IMG/VR virus record: IMGVR_UViG_3300032516_000019
Coordinates: 1-64,000 of that record
Source: a virus
Reading direction: 5' to 3' (one strand)
Length of the DNA stretch: 64,000 nt
The position numbers were made by a program, and so were the translations under genes. Position 1 is the first letter of the stretch. Each line of letters starts with the position of its first letter. Positions 46,093 through 55,850 of this stretch are shown in pieces. The notes beneath the pieces were generated by a model, which ran no database searches, had not been told where the DNA came from, and was given only the letters and a program-made list of their open reading frames with translations.

Positions 46093-49038
46093 ATGGGAAG
46101 TATAACCTATAATAGTACAGCGAATACATCTTGGCTTTCTCCAGTATCGGGAACCGTTACGGTTGAGGTATGGGGAGGGGGAGGTAGTGCTGGCCATTAT
46201 GGGAGGACTTCATCACCTCATGGAGCAGGAGGTGGTGGGGGAGGAGCTTATGTAAGAGCAAATGTTACGGTTACCTTAGGAACAACTTATACCATAGCTG
46301 TTGGTGGTGGAGGGGCGAATGCCGCAAACAATGCCAACGGAGCAAACGGAGTAAACTCACAGTTCAATAATAATGAGATTAGGGCTCACTTTGGAGGGAG
46401 AGGGTTAAATACTGGTGGAGCAGGTGCAGCAGGGGTATTGGCATCTTGTGTTGTTCCTGGAGGAGGTCAAGAATATGACGGAGGTAACGGAGCAGCCAAC
46501 TCAACTACAACAGGTGGAGGTGGAGGTGCCGGTGGTGGAAATTCTGCAAAAGGAGCAAACGCATCAGGTGCAACAGGTGGAGCGGCTGCCAATGGTGGTG
46601 GTGGTGGTGGAACTGGTGGAGCATCAAACACGGCAGGAACCCTTGGATCTATTCCAGGTGGTGGTGGTGGAGCAGCAGGAGGTAACTTAGGAACTACCTT
46701 CAAGAGATCAGAAAACGGTAGTAACGGGCAGGTTACGATTACTTGGCTGGGATTAAGTTCTAATGCCTTAGTAGCTTATGCCACATTGGTTGGAATAATG
46801 TTAGGGAAGGCTACCCGACAGATTGCAGGTCAGACTAATGGAGTAGCTTCTAATATTCCAGCACTTAAAGGTAAAGGAAAGTTAGCAGGGCAGACCAATG
46901 GAGTTGCTACTAATAATATTGTAGGAACTCTTCATTATTATATGATAGGTCAAACCAAAGGAGTAGCTTCTAATAGTCCGAAAGCAAGATGTTATCCACC
47001 TCCACCAGGAATAGGTACGGTTACCCCTGCTACTTATCTTAACTCAGATGGTAGTGTTGAATTAACAGGTTTATTAACAGTTGCCCCATATGTATTGTAT
47101 TGGAGTTCTGATGGAGGAGCTCACTGGTATAATTCTACTATAAGTGATTATTTACCTACTTATACGAAAACAGGACTTCCTGCGGGAGATTATATATTTG
47201 CTTATGAGTTTAGTGATACTGGGTATACTGTCTCTCCCTCATCAAATTCTGCTGGAATCCATAATGGTATTAAGGGACAAACCAATGGAGTAAGTAATTT
47301 ATCTGGTTCTATAAGTGGTCTTATGGCGACCATCACTCTTACTACAAATGGAGAAGCTAGTCTTAATGGAACTCTTAAAGGTAAAGGAAAATTACTAGGA
47401 CAGACAAATGGTATTTGTAGTGTAGGCATTATAATATTAGCAGAAGGTCAGTTAATAGGTCAGACAAATGGTATTGCTTCTAATAATGGAGTTTTAAAAG
47501 CTAAAGGTAAGTTAGTAGGACAAACCAACGGTATAACTTCTGATAATGGAGTATTAGTAGGGAAGTGTCTTTTATCTGGACAAACTAATGGTATATCTTC
47601 CGATAATGGTATTCTAAAGGCAAAAGGTAAACTATATGGTCAGATAAATGGTATAGCTTCTAATAATGGAGTTTTAAAAGCCAAAGGTAGTTTAGCAGGT
47701 CAAATCAATGGTACAAGTGAAGGAGTTACTGGAACTATACAAGGTATTGAAGCTATTGTCTATCGTTTGCAGACAAATGGTGTAGCTACGGCAAGTGGTA
47801 CTCTACGAGCCAAAGGTGAGTTGAAAGGACAGACAAATGGTGTTTGCAGTGTAGGTATTATAATATTAGCAGAAGGGCAGTTGATTGGATCAACTACTGG
47901 TATTGCTTCTGATAATGGGGTCTTAAAAGCAAAAGGTAAACTGTATGGTCAGATAAACGGAGTAGCGACCAATAACCTCACCATAAAGGCAAAAGGTAAA
48001 CTATATGGCTCTGGAACTGGTATATCTACAAATAATGCAGTTCTGTGGTATCAGATTATAACCATTGATATTGCAGGGCAGATAAATGGTATAGCATCCA
48101 ATAATGGTATAATAAAAGGTAAAGGGAAGTTAATAGGGGCAATCACCGCTCCATCTACCGTGTCAGGTACGTTAAAAGGAACAGGACGCCTAAATTCTAT
48201 TTCTAACGGTATTGCCTCTACTTCTGCCCTCTTGTATGGTCACGGTATATTATATGGAGCAATAAACGGTATAGCTACCAATAACGCCTTACTACATGGT
48301 CATGGAGCATTTGTAGGGCAGACAAACGGTATAGCCTCTTGTACGGCTATGCCAATCCTTCTTACTGCAAAAGGTACGGTAAACGGTATAGCTACTAATA
48401 ATGCAATACTTCTTGCTAAAGGTAAACTATATGGTCAAATAAATGGAATAGCTACTAATAATACTATAATAAAAGGAAAGGCTCCAATAGTTGGTCAGGT
48501 GAACGGTGTATCTTCTGATAATGGAATATTAAAAGGTGAAGGTAAGTTAATTGCTCAAAGTAATGGAATAGCTTCTGATAATGGAGTTTTTAAAGGTAAA
48601 GGGGTATTGTTAGGTCTTACTCAGGCTTATTCTACAGTTGGAGGAGTGCTTGGTGGTATAGGTGATCTCAATGGAGAGATAGTTGTAAGTGCTACCATAT
48701 CAGGTATTATGACTGGTATGGGGAAATTGCTTGGTATTGTTGAAGGAATAGCTGATGTTCAAGCTATAGGACAGGCCAGAGCTCAAGGGGCACTTTGGGG
48801 ATCAATAAATGGGGAAGCTATTACTCTCGGTAATTTGTTTGGTAGAGGCGAATTAAAAGGTATTATTCAGGGAATATCAGAAGTAACAGGTATAGGATTA
48901 GTTCGCTTACGATATGAAGAAATAAGGGGGAATAGTTATATTATTTTGACTCTACAAGATAATTCAACTATTACTTTACAAATTGATAAGGATAGTATTA
49001 TTACAAAAGAACTTGCTAAAAACAGTATAATAATATGA
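46093..49038 (+). CDS. Glycine-rich repeat fibre protein (tail fibre or receptor-binding candidate) with about 25 tandem 20-aa repeats
   Basis: Gly-rich N-terminal 200 aa. Repeats of GQTNG(I/V)ASNNGVLKAKGKLx from about 46830 to 48900. Confidence 0.6.
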   Translation: MGSITYNSTANTSWLSPVSGTVTVEVWGGGGSAGHYGRTSSPHGAGGGGGGAYVRANVTVTLGTTYTIAVGGGGANAANNANGANGVNSQFNNNEIRAHFGGRGLNTGGAGAAGVLASCVVPGGGQEYDGGNGAANSTTTGGGGGAGGGNSAKGANASGATGGAAANGGGGGGTGGASNTAGTLGSIPGGGGGAAGGNLGTTFKRSENGSNGQVTITWLGLSSNALVAYATLVGIMLGKATRQIAGQTNGVASNIPALKGKGKLAGQTNGVATNNIVGTLHYYMIGQTKGVASNSPKARCYPPPPGIGTVTPATYLNSDGSVELTGLLTVAPYVLYWSSDGGAHWYNSTISDYLPTYTKTGLPAGDYIFAYEFSDTGYTVSPSSNSAGIHNGIKGQTNGVSNLSGSISGLMATITLTTNGEASLNGTLKGKGKLLGQTNGICSVGIIILAEGQLIGQTNGIASNNGVLKAKGKLVGQTNGITSDNGVLVGKCLLSGQTNGISSDNGILKAKGKLYGQINGIASNNGVLKAKGSLAGQINGTSEGVTGTIQGIEAIVYRLQTNGVATASGTLRAKGELKGQTNGVCSVGIIILAEGQLIGSTTGIASDNGVLKAKGKLYGQINGVATNNLTIKAKGKLYGSGTGISTNNAVLWYQIITIDIAGQINGIASNNGIIKGKGKLIGAITAPSTVSGTLKGTGRLNSISNGIASTSALLYGHGILYGAINGIATNNALLHGHGAFVGQTNGIASCTAMPILLTAKGTVNGIATNNAILLAKGKLYGQINGIATNNTIIKGKAPIVGQVNGVSSDNGILKGEGKLIAQSNGIASDNGVFKGKGVLLGLTQAYSTVGGVLGGIGDLNGEIVVSATISGIMTGMGKLLGIVEGIADVQAIGQARAQGALWGSINGEAITLGNLFGRGELKGIIQGISEVTGIGLVRLRYEEIRGNSYIILTLQDNSTITLQIDKDSIITKELAKNSIII
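46830..48900 (+). repeat. About 60-bp imperfect tandem repeats (about 25-30 copies) inside the fibre CDS
   Basis: The recurring peptide module is GQxNG-IASNNG-VLKAKGKL. Confidence 0.7.
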
Positions 49039-49331
49039 GTAAGATATTTGTAGATCAGACTTGCCTCAGGATTATATTAACTACTAATGTAGCTATATCT
49101 AATCCAAGGATTGTAGAGATCCATTATCGGAAACCTGATGGCACAATAGGGCAATTGTCAGCTACAGTAGATGACGAAGTTACTGGAGTTATTTACCATG
49201 ATTTGGATTCTGATAGTATTTTACTTGATCAGAGAGGACCATGGAAATTTTGGTCTTATGTAGTATTTGGTGATGGTAGAAAAGCAAGGGGTGAAACGGT
49301 TGGAGTAACAATATGGAGCGAAGATGAATAA
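49035..49331 (+). CDS. Hypothetical protein
   Basis: 98-aa ORF. Confidence 0.4.
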   Translation: MSKIFVDQTCLRIILTTNVAISNPRIVEIHYRKPDGTIGQLSATVDDEVTGVIYHDLDSDSILLDQRGPWKFWSYVVFGDGRKARGETVGVTIWSEDE

Positions 49332-49551
49332 GGACTTATATCAGAATATATTAGGGACAGCAATAGGTGTAATTTTGATGATTGTCCTTGCTTTGCTTTT
49401 TACAATTGATATTCCACAGAATAATATGAATGTGCTGCTTTTAATTATTGGTGCTCTTATCAGTTCTTTTACTACGGTAGTGCAGTATTATTTTGGATCA
49501 AGTAAAGGCTCGGCTGATAAAGATAAGATTATGAGAAATAAAGAGGAGTAA
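49324..49551 (+). CDS. Holin-like small membrane protein
   Basis: 75 aa, two TM helices, charged C-terminus. Confidence 0.35.
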   Translation: MNKDLYQNILGTAIGVILMIVLALLFTIDIPQNNMNVLLLIIGALISSFTTVVQYYFGSSKGSADKDKIMRNKEE

Positions 49552-49554
49552 AAT

Positions 49555-51069
49555 ATGGAAACGATAACCAGAACAAGGAAAGAACCAGTTGATGGCAACA
49601 AGATAAAAATCTATAGTGAACTTGTGGGTAGAATGCTTCTTGCCAACAAATTAGGAGTACAGTATGGTGGCACCAGAAACTTGTACAAGGCTCTTGGTTA
49701 TAAAGAGCAATTAACTTTCGATGATTATTATGCACGATATGTTCGTCAGGATATTGCAAAGGCGGTTATAGATCGTCCGGTAAAGACAACATGGCAAGGT
49801 CAGTTGGAGTTAATTGAAACCAATGAACCGGAAGATACTGAGTTTGAAAAGGCTTGGAAAGAGCTTAATTTAAAGATGGGAATAAAAACCTTATTTGCTC
49901 GGGTAGATAAATTAACTGGTATTGGTAGATATGGAATTCTCCTCTTGGGAACGGATGATGTAAAAAAGCCTGATGATTTTCAAAAACCATTGGTTGTTGG
50001 AGGATTTAAGAAATTGGTTTATATCAAACCGTTTGGAGAAAAGACCGCAAAAATATTTGACTATGAATCCGATCCAAAAAATGAGAGATATGGCAAACCA
50101 TTACATTATCAGGTTGATGTAATGGATATGGCAACTCAGAAAAGTGAATCAGTTAAGATCCACTATTCCAGAGTTATTCATATTCTGGATGATAATCTGG
50201 AATCAGAAGTATTTGGAACTCCTCGTTTGGAAGCAATATTTAACCGCTTATATGATATTGAGAAATTGGTAGGAGGTGACGCTGAAATGTTTTGGCGGAA
50301 TGCTCGCCCTGGTTTCAAAGCAAAGGCAGACCCTGAGTATACAATAACTCAGGAAATGAAAGATGATTTGCTGGATCAGTTGGATGAATATGAAAATGAT
50401 TTACGGCGATTCCTTACTACAGAAGGTGTGGATATAGAATCACTCTCCCAACCAATATCTGACCCTTCTCCTCATATGGATACCCAGCTTAAATGCATAG
50501 CAGCGGAAAAGGGCATTCCTTTAAGAATTCTGACGGGAAGTGAGCGTGGGGAATTGTCCAGCTCAGAAGATAGAGGAGAATGGTTAGCATATGTTCAAGG
50601 TAGGAGGGAAGAGCATGCAGAACCAAGAATTGTTCGACCAACGGTTGATAGATTTATTGAGTTAGGAATATTACCTAAGCCGGAAGTTAATTACTCTATA
50701 AAATGGACTGATTTGTTCTCAATAAGTGAGAAAGCAAGGGTAGAGATTGGAAAGAGCAGGGCAAATGCATTGAGAGAATATATGACTAATCCAGCTGCAA
50801 TGGAGGTTATTCCGCCCACTGTATTTATGATGAAGTTCTTAGGATTTACATCTGATGAAGTTGAATTGGTAATGAATATCAGGGAAGATGAGATGGAAGA
50901 AGAAGTAGCTTTATTGGCTAAGGTTCAGAAGGATTTGGAACCAACTCCTCCTCCAGCCCCTGCTGGAAAAACAGATGGAGTAAAACCAAAGAGTGCTACT
51001 GGAGAACCAAGGAAAAGAAAAACAATAACTCCGGAAGGACCAAAACGTAGAATAAGGAGACCAGTATAA
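49555..51069 (+). CDS. Portal protein
   Basis: 504 aa, immediately upstream of the MuF-like gene. Position and size fit. No strict motif. Confidence 0.55.
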   Translation: METITRTRKEPVDGNKIKIYSELVGRMLLANKLGVQYGGTRNLYKALGYKEQLTFDDYYARYVRQDIAKAVIDRPVKTTWQGQLELIETNEPEDTEFEKAWKELNLKMGIKTLFARVDKLTGIGRYGILLLGTDDVKKPDDFQKPLVVGGFKKLVYIKPFGEKTAKIFDYESDPKNERYGKPLHYQVDVMDMATQKSESVKIHYSRVIHILDDNLESEVFGTPRLEAIFNRLYDIEKLVGGDAEMFWRNARPGFKAKADPEYTITQEMKDDLLDQLDEYENDLRRFLTTEGVDIESLSQPISDPSPHMDTQLKCIAAEKGIPLRILTGSERGELSSSEDRGEWLAYVQGRREEHAEPRIVRPTVDRFIELGILPKPEVNYSIKWTDLFSISEKARVEIGKSRANALREYMTNPAAMEVIPPTVFMMKFLGFTSDEVELVMNIREDEMEEEVALLAKVQKDLEPTPPPAPAGKTDGVKPKSATGEPRKRKTITPEGPKRRIRRPV

Positions 51070-52025
51070 TGGAATGCACAGAGGCTCATGATATTATTGT
51101 TTATAAGAATTTCGATCCTACGCATACTACTACATTAAGGAATGCTTTTGCTCGGGAAATGCGTCGTAGATTTGCGGAGCTTACAAAAGTAATCCGAATT
51201 GCAATTGTTGACAAAGATTGTTTTGGATATAATAGAAATATAGCTACTTTCCAGATGACACCTCCTTGGTTTGATGGAGCCTTTGCTTATCCAAGAAGTG
51301 CTCAGAAGATAGAGGAGTTTATGAAATGGTTGCAGCAACAGGTCGACAAAGGATTACTGACAACTGCAGAGTATGAGCAGATAGGAAGTTCCGTAGAAGC
51401 AGCTTGGACTAATTTATATGTGATGGATTCTTATAAACGAGGAATAATAAGAGCTCGCTATGAAATGATACTTGCCGGATTATCAATACCTTCTATAGAA
51501 GCAGCCGGTGGAATTGATGCGGTATTAATGGGTACTCCATTTCATATGGATCGGGTTGGTTTGTTATTTACTCGGGTTTATAATGATTTAAAAGGGGTTA
51601 CTGATGCTATGGATTCTCAAATAAGTCGTATCTTGGCACAAGGAATGATTGACGGAGATGGTCCTGCTCTGCTTGCTCGGAAGATAATAGCAGCAATTAA
51701 TGGAGAGGGCGTTGATCAGCTGGGAATTACTGATACATTAGGTCGATTTATTCCTGCAGCAAGAAGGGCGGAAATGATAGCAAGAACGGAAATGATAAGA
51801 GCTTTTCATTTAGCAACAATTCAAGAATATCGGAATGCTGGATTGTTGGATATTATAGTGAAAGGAGAATGGAAAACGGCTGGTGATGATAGGGTTTGTG
51901 AATTGTGTGCCAGTATGGATGGAAGGGTATTTACATTGGATGAAATAGAACCAATGATTCCAGCGCATCCAATGTGTCGTTGTATAGCTTTACCATGGAT
52001 AGAAGAGTTACAAAAGTATTATTAA
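51069..52025 (+). CDS. Minor head (morphogenesis) protein, Mu F / SPP1 gp7 family
   Basis: C-terminal HPMCRC motif (consensus HPNCRC). Confidence 0.75.
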   Translation: MECTEAHDIIVYKNFDPTHTTTLRNAFAREMRRRFAELTKVIRIAIVDKDCFGYNRNIATFQMTPPWFDGAFAYPRSAQKIEEFMKWLQQQVDKGLLTTAEYEQIGSSVEAAWTNLYVMDSYKRGIIRARYEMILAGLSIPSIEAAGGIDAVLMGTPFHMDRVGLLFTRVYNDLKGVTDAMDSQISRILAQGMIDGDGPALLARKIIAAINGEGVDQLGITDTLGRFIPAARRAEMIARTEMIRAFHLATIQEYRNAGLLDIIVKGEWKTAGDDRVCELCASMDGRVFTLDEIEPMIPAHPMCRCIALPWIEELQKYY

Positions 52026-52038
52026 TATATGATAGAAT

Positions 52039-53457
52039 ATGGAACATTTTGTTATTTATAAAAGTAAACAGGAACCAAATTATACTGTTAGTTCTGTTCA
52101 ATATCAAGGAGAGACTCATTTAATTGTTCCGGTGGTTATGATGGTTGAGGGAGTACATAATGGAAGTCACGGTCCTTTATTTCATTCAATTGCGGAATTA
52201 GGTAAATTTCCAGAATCATGGAATGGAATACCAGTTGTAGTGGATCATCCAGAAATTAATGGAGTGAATGTATCTGCTAATCAACCTGAGATTATAGAGC
52301 AACAGAAAATAGGTACTGTATTTAATACTCATGTAGTCGGTCAGAAATTAATGGCTGAGTTATGGATTAATGAGGATAAGATTAGACAAACGTCTTCTGT
52401 AGTATTAGCGGCCCTGCAAGCTGGACAACCCTTAGAAGTTAGTTTAGGGGTTTTTACAGAAGAGGAATTAACAGCAGGGAATTGGAATGGAGAAACATAC
52501 GAAGTCATTGCCAGAAATCACAGACCAGATCATTTAGCACTACTCCCCGGCGGTGTTGGAGCCTGTTCAGTGGAAGATGGTTGTGGCATACGTGCTAATA
52601 AGAAAGGAGGAGATGAAGTGAATGAACTTGAATTCAACAAAGCGTTAAAAGATTTCTATGTATCTGAACTCAATAACAACACTGAGCAAGGGTTTAAGGA
52701 ATTGGTTGACGCCGCTCGCCAGAAGATAGACTCTATGGACTCCGAGAATAGTATTCACTTCCTACAAGAAGTGTATCCTGATTTTCTTGTCTATGAAGCC
52801 CGTCTGAGGGTAGGCGGAACAAAAATGTACAAACAGGGCTATCAATTTAATGGTGGTGCTCTTGAATTGACTGGCAATCCCGAAGAAGTACGTAAGAAAG
52901 TGGAGTATGTTGCACTTGCCGAAGGTTCTGGCAGAAGAAGAACTAAAGTTAATAACACTAATAAGGAGGTAATTATTATGGCAGAAAATGCTGAAAAATG
53001 CACTCCCTGTGTTGAAAAAAGAGTCAACGACCTGATTGCAAACAGTCAGGGCAAATTCGTTGAAGCTGACAGGGATTGGCTGGAAGCCCTCTCCGAAGAT
53101 CAGTTGGAAAAAATGAAACCAACTGAGATTACCAAAGAGGTGACGAAGGAAGTGATTAAGGAAGTAAATGTTCTTTCAGATGAAGACAAGGCTGCTTTGG
53201 CAGACTATAAGAGACAGCTGAAGGAAACACATGATGCTCTTGTTAAAGAAATTCAGGATAATTCCGAAGCTGGAACCTGGACTCCTGAAGAGCTGAACGC
53301 TATGAACGACAGTGTCCTGAAAAGGATAGCTGGTATATTGAGGAAGGATGCTGAAGTTGACTATTCGGTGAATAGTGTACAGAGTATTCAAAGTAATGCA
53401 AGCAAGGAGAGACCTCTTCCACCTACTGGCATTAGGTTTAAAACAGTAACTAAATAA
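52039..53457 (+). CDS. Putative scaffolding or prohead-processing protein
   Basis: 472 aa. The C-terminal half is coiled-coil and charged. Sits between the MuF and capsid genes. Confidence 0.35.
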   Translation: MEHFVIYKSKQEPNYTVSSVQYQGETHLIVPVVMMVEGVHNGSHGPLFHSIAELGKFPESWNGIPVVVDHPEINGVNVSANQPEIIEQQKIGTVFNTHVVGQKLMAELWINEDKIRQTSSVVLAALQAGQPLEVSLGVFTEEELTAGNWNGETYEVIARNHRPDHLALLPGGVGACSVEDGCGIRANKKGGDEVNELEFNKALKDFYVSELNNNTEQGFKELVDAARQKIDSMDSENSIHFLQEVYPDFLVYEARLRVGGTKMYKQGYQFNGGALELTGNPEEVRKKVEYVALAEGSGRRRTKVNNTNKEVIIMAENAEKCTPCVEKRVNDLIANSQGKFVEADRDWLEALSEDQLEKMKPTEITKEVTKEVIKEVNVLSDEDKAALADYKRQLKETHDALVKEIQDNSEAGTWTPEELNAMNDSVLKRIAGILRKDAEVDYSVNSVQSIQSNASKERPLPPTGIRFKTVTK

Positions 53458-53472
53458 GAAGGAGGATTAAAA

Positions 53473-53943
53473 ATGTCAGTTACAGTTCATACAATTAAAC
53501 TGAAGAGTTACAGCGATGTCTTCATTGAGAGGAAAGCCGGAGGTGCCTTTTTTCCAGGTGCTTTGCTTTCACTGAACTCCAGTGATGAGTTTGTTGCTCA
53601 CTCAGATGATGCTCCCGCAGCATTCGTTCCTATTATTGCAATAGAGGATGCTTTGCAGGGTAAGGGAATTGATGATGCCTATGCCAACCACGATTGGACT
53701 CGCGGATGGGTAGCAGGTCGTGGAGATGTCTTTTATGGCATTCTTGCTGATGGCGAACATGTTGCAGTAGGTGAATTTCTGCAGTCTTTCGGGACTGGTG
53801 GTTTTCTTGAAAAACAGACTGGTACAGGTCATGCCGTTGCAATGGCTTTGGAACATCTTGATCTCTCGGGATCAAGTGGTGATGTTGACTCATCTGAAGC
53901 TCCTCTGGGATATGCCAAGAGAATCAAATGCATGGTAATTTAA
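53473..53943 (+). CDS. Hypothetical structural protein (head decoration candidate)
   Basis: 156 aa with a strong upstream RBS (aaggagga). Confidence 0.35.
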   Translation: MSVTVHTIKLKSYSDVFIERKAGGAFFPGALLSLNSSDEFVAHSDDAPAAFVPIIAIEDALQGKGIDDAYANHDWTRGWVAGRGDVFYGILADGEHVAVGEFLQSFGTGGFLEKQTGTGHAVAMALEHLDLSGSSGDVDSSEAPLGYAKRIKCMVI

Positions 53944-53961
53944 TTAAGAAAGGAGAAATAT

Positions 53962-55086
53962 ATGAAACCCAGCGTTGATTTAATTGGAAATGGTCGGGCT
54001 CAAGGCGAAGTAGCCAAGAGGATGATGACTAATGGTAGGATGGACCCGAACAGAATGCGTCCATTTCTCGGAGATGACAACCAGTCTTATGTTACAGTTT
54101 ACACCGGTGGAAGATACGGTGATCCAGAATTGGAAAGTAATTATGCCGTTGTTCCTGCCGGATTGAATACTAATGCTACTCTCCGTAGGGATGAGTGGAA
54201 AGCACTTGACGAAGCTCTTGTAAGGGCTCAGGATTACCGGCTCGGTGGAATTGAGGACCTGATTTCAAAAGGTCTTACCTTCCAGCTTGGAAATGCTATG
54301 GGTACTACAATGTTGGAATGGCATGATGTTCAGGGAAATCTGGAAGCTGATATATCAATGGATGGGGTGACCCGTGCATTGGGAAACAGGCCGGACTTCC
54401 AGTTCAACTACATTCCAATACCGATCATTCACGTTGATTATGAGATTAACCTGAGGGAATTGGAGACAAGCCGTAACATGGGTAACCCAATGGATACTAT
54501 AATGGCTGAACGTGCAACACGGGCTGTGAAGGAAAAACTGGAGAATATGCTCTTTACTGACTTAACATTCAGTTTTGGAGAGAAAGATTCAAAGAACAGG
54601 AATACCATTTACAGTTACGTAAATCACCCAAACAGGAATCAGGTTAGCTTGGTTCATGGATGGACTGATTCTGCTACAACTGGTAAGGATATTGTTGACG
54701 AGATTATAGCTTGGAAACAGGCAAGTATTGACGATCGTCACTATGGTCCATGGCAGATTTACATTCCACCGGCCTATGAGACCGTACTGGATGAGGATTA
54801 TGTTGGATCAACTCCTGATACAGCACCAAACCAGACAATCCGTCAGAGGATTATGGCAATTGAAAGAATTGCTGGACTTAAGGTCATTGATACTCTGGCA
54901 GCTGATACTATTCTGTTTATTCAGATGACTCCTGATGTCGTAAGACTTATTCAGGGTCTTCCTTTGCAGAACGTACAGTGGGAAACTGAAGGTAAGTTCG
55001 TTGAGAAATTCAAAGTACTGACCATACAGGTTCCTCAGATTCGTGCTGATGCTGATGGACGTAGCGGTCTTCTTCACATATCGTAA
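53962..55086 (+). CDS. Major capsid protein (HK97-fold candidate)
   Basis: 374 aa with a strong RBS (aaaggagaaa). Positioned after the scaffold gene. Confidence 0.55.
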   Translation: MKPSVDLIGNGRAQGEVAKRMMTNGRMDPNRMRPFLGDDNQSYVTVYTGGRYGDPELESNYAVVPAGLNTNATLRRDEWKALDEALVRAQDYRLGGIEDLISKGLTFQLGNAMGTTMLEWHDVQGNLEADISMDGVTRALGNRPDFQFNYIPIPIIHVDYEINLRELETSRNMGNPMDTIMAERATRAVKEKLENMLFTDLTFSFGEKDSKNRNTIYSYVNHPNRNQVSLVHGWTDSATTGKDIVDEIIAWKQASIDDRHYGPWQIYIPPAYETVLDEDYVGSTPDTAPNQTIRQRIMAIERIAGLKVIDTLAADTILFIQMTPDVVRLIQGLPLQNVQWETEGKFVEKFKVLTIQVPQIRADADGRSGLLHIS

Positions 55087-55131
55087 TTAATTATTGACTA
55101 ATCAAGTCATTATTTTTTTAAATTCATAATC

Positions 55132-55479
55132 ATGGAACGCATAAGAACAATTAATACTATTGGAGATGGCAGGATCAGATGGAGAAATACTGGCGGTGGT
55201 CGCCTTTATTTACGAGATAAACGCAAAATTTTGCCAGGGGAAACCTTCTTGGCTTATCCACATGAAATCTCTCTTCAATTTCGGGACACCATCAAACCTT
55301 TGGATGTAATAGTACCAAAAGAGGATACCCCACCCCCAGTAATTGTTGAAACGGCATACACTATAAAACATCGTGGTGGTGGATTATACAATGTTCTTGA
55401 TCGAAATGACAAGATTGTAAATGACAAGGCTCTTAAGAAAACTGAGGCCTTGGAAATGGTGAAAAGCCTGGAGGAATAA
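55132..55479 (+). CDS. Hypothetical protein, paralog of 55482..55850
   Basis: Shared C-terminal module YNVLDRNDKIVNDKALKKTEALEMVKSL. Confidence 0.4.
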   Translation: MERIRTINTIGDGRIRWRNTGGGRLYLRDKRKILPGETFLAYPHEISLQFRDTIKPLDVIVPKEDTPPPVIVETAYTIKHRGGGLYNVLDRNDKIVNDKALKKTEALEMVKSLEE

Positions 55480-55481
55480 AT

Positions 55482-55850
55482 ATGGAAACAAATGAAACAC
55501 CCATTCGGTGGAAAGTAGTAGCTTCAAGGTCTTATTTCTGGGGACACAAAATAATGAAACCAGGTCAGATATTTACGGCAGCTGAAAAAGATTTGCCTGC
55601 TAATTTTCGACCTTTAGTAGTCCCATTGGACAATACAATCCAAGTTCAGAAACCACCAGACCTTCGGTCACGCACTAATTGGCAAGATGTTGTTACTCCA
55701 GAGGTTAAATCAGAGCCACCAGTATATCGGGTGAAAGAAAAAGCCAATGGAGAGTGGTATGATGTGTATGATTCCAAGAACAAGAAAGTAAATGAGCAGA
55801 AACTCACGAAAGAAGAGGCTGAACGATTTGTTAAAAACCTAACTACATGA
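55482..55850 (+). CDS. Hypothetical protein, paralog of 55132..55479
   Basis: YDVYDSKNKKVNEQKLTKEEAERFVKNL. Confidence 0.4.
   Translation: METNETPIRWKVVASRSYFWGHKIMKPGQIFTAAEKDLPANFRPLVVPLDNTIQVQKPPDLRSRTNWQDVVTPEVKSEPPVYRVKEKANGEWYDVYDSKNKKVNEQKLTKEEAERFVKNLTT

Noticed and set aside
46415-46703. ORFs 46415..46690 (+) and 46467..46703 (-) inside the fibre gene
   Set aside because: Alternative-frame or antisense translations of the Gly-rich coding region. One reads as poly-Pro and the other as poly-Val/Gln. These are artefacts of GGN repeats.
46093-49038. Diversity-generating retroelement targeting the repeat fibre gene
   Set aside because: No reverse-transcriptase ORF and no template-repeat / variable-repeat pair are present anywhere in the window. 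Variation is more simply explained by tandem-repeat recombination.
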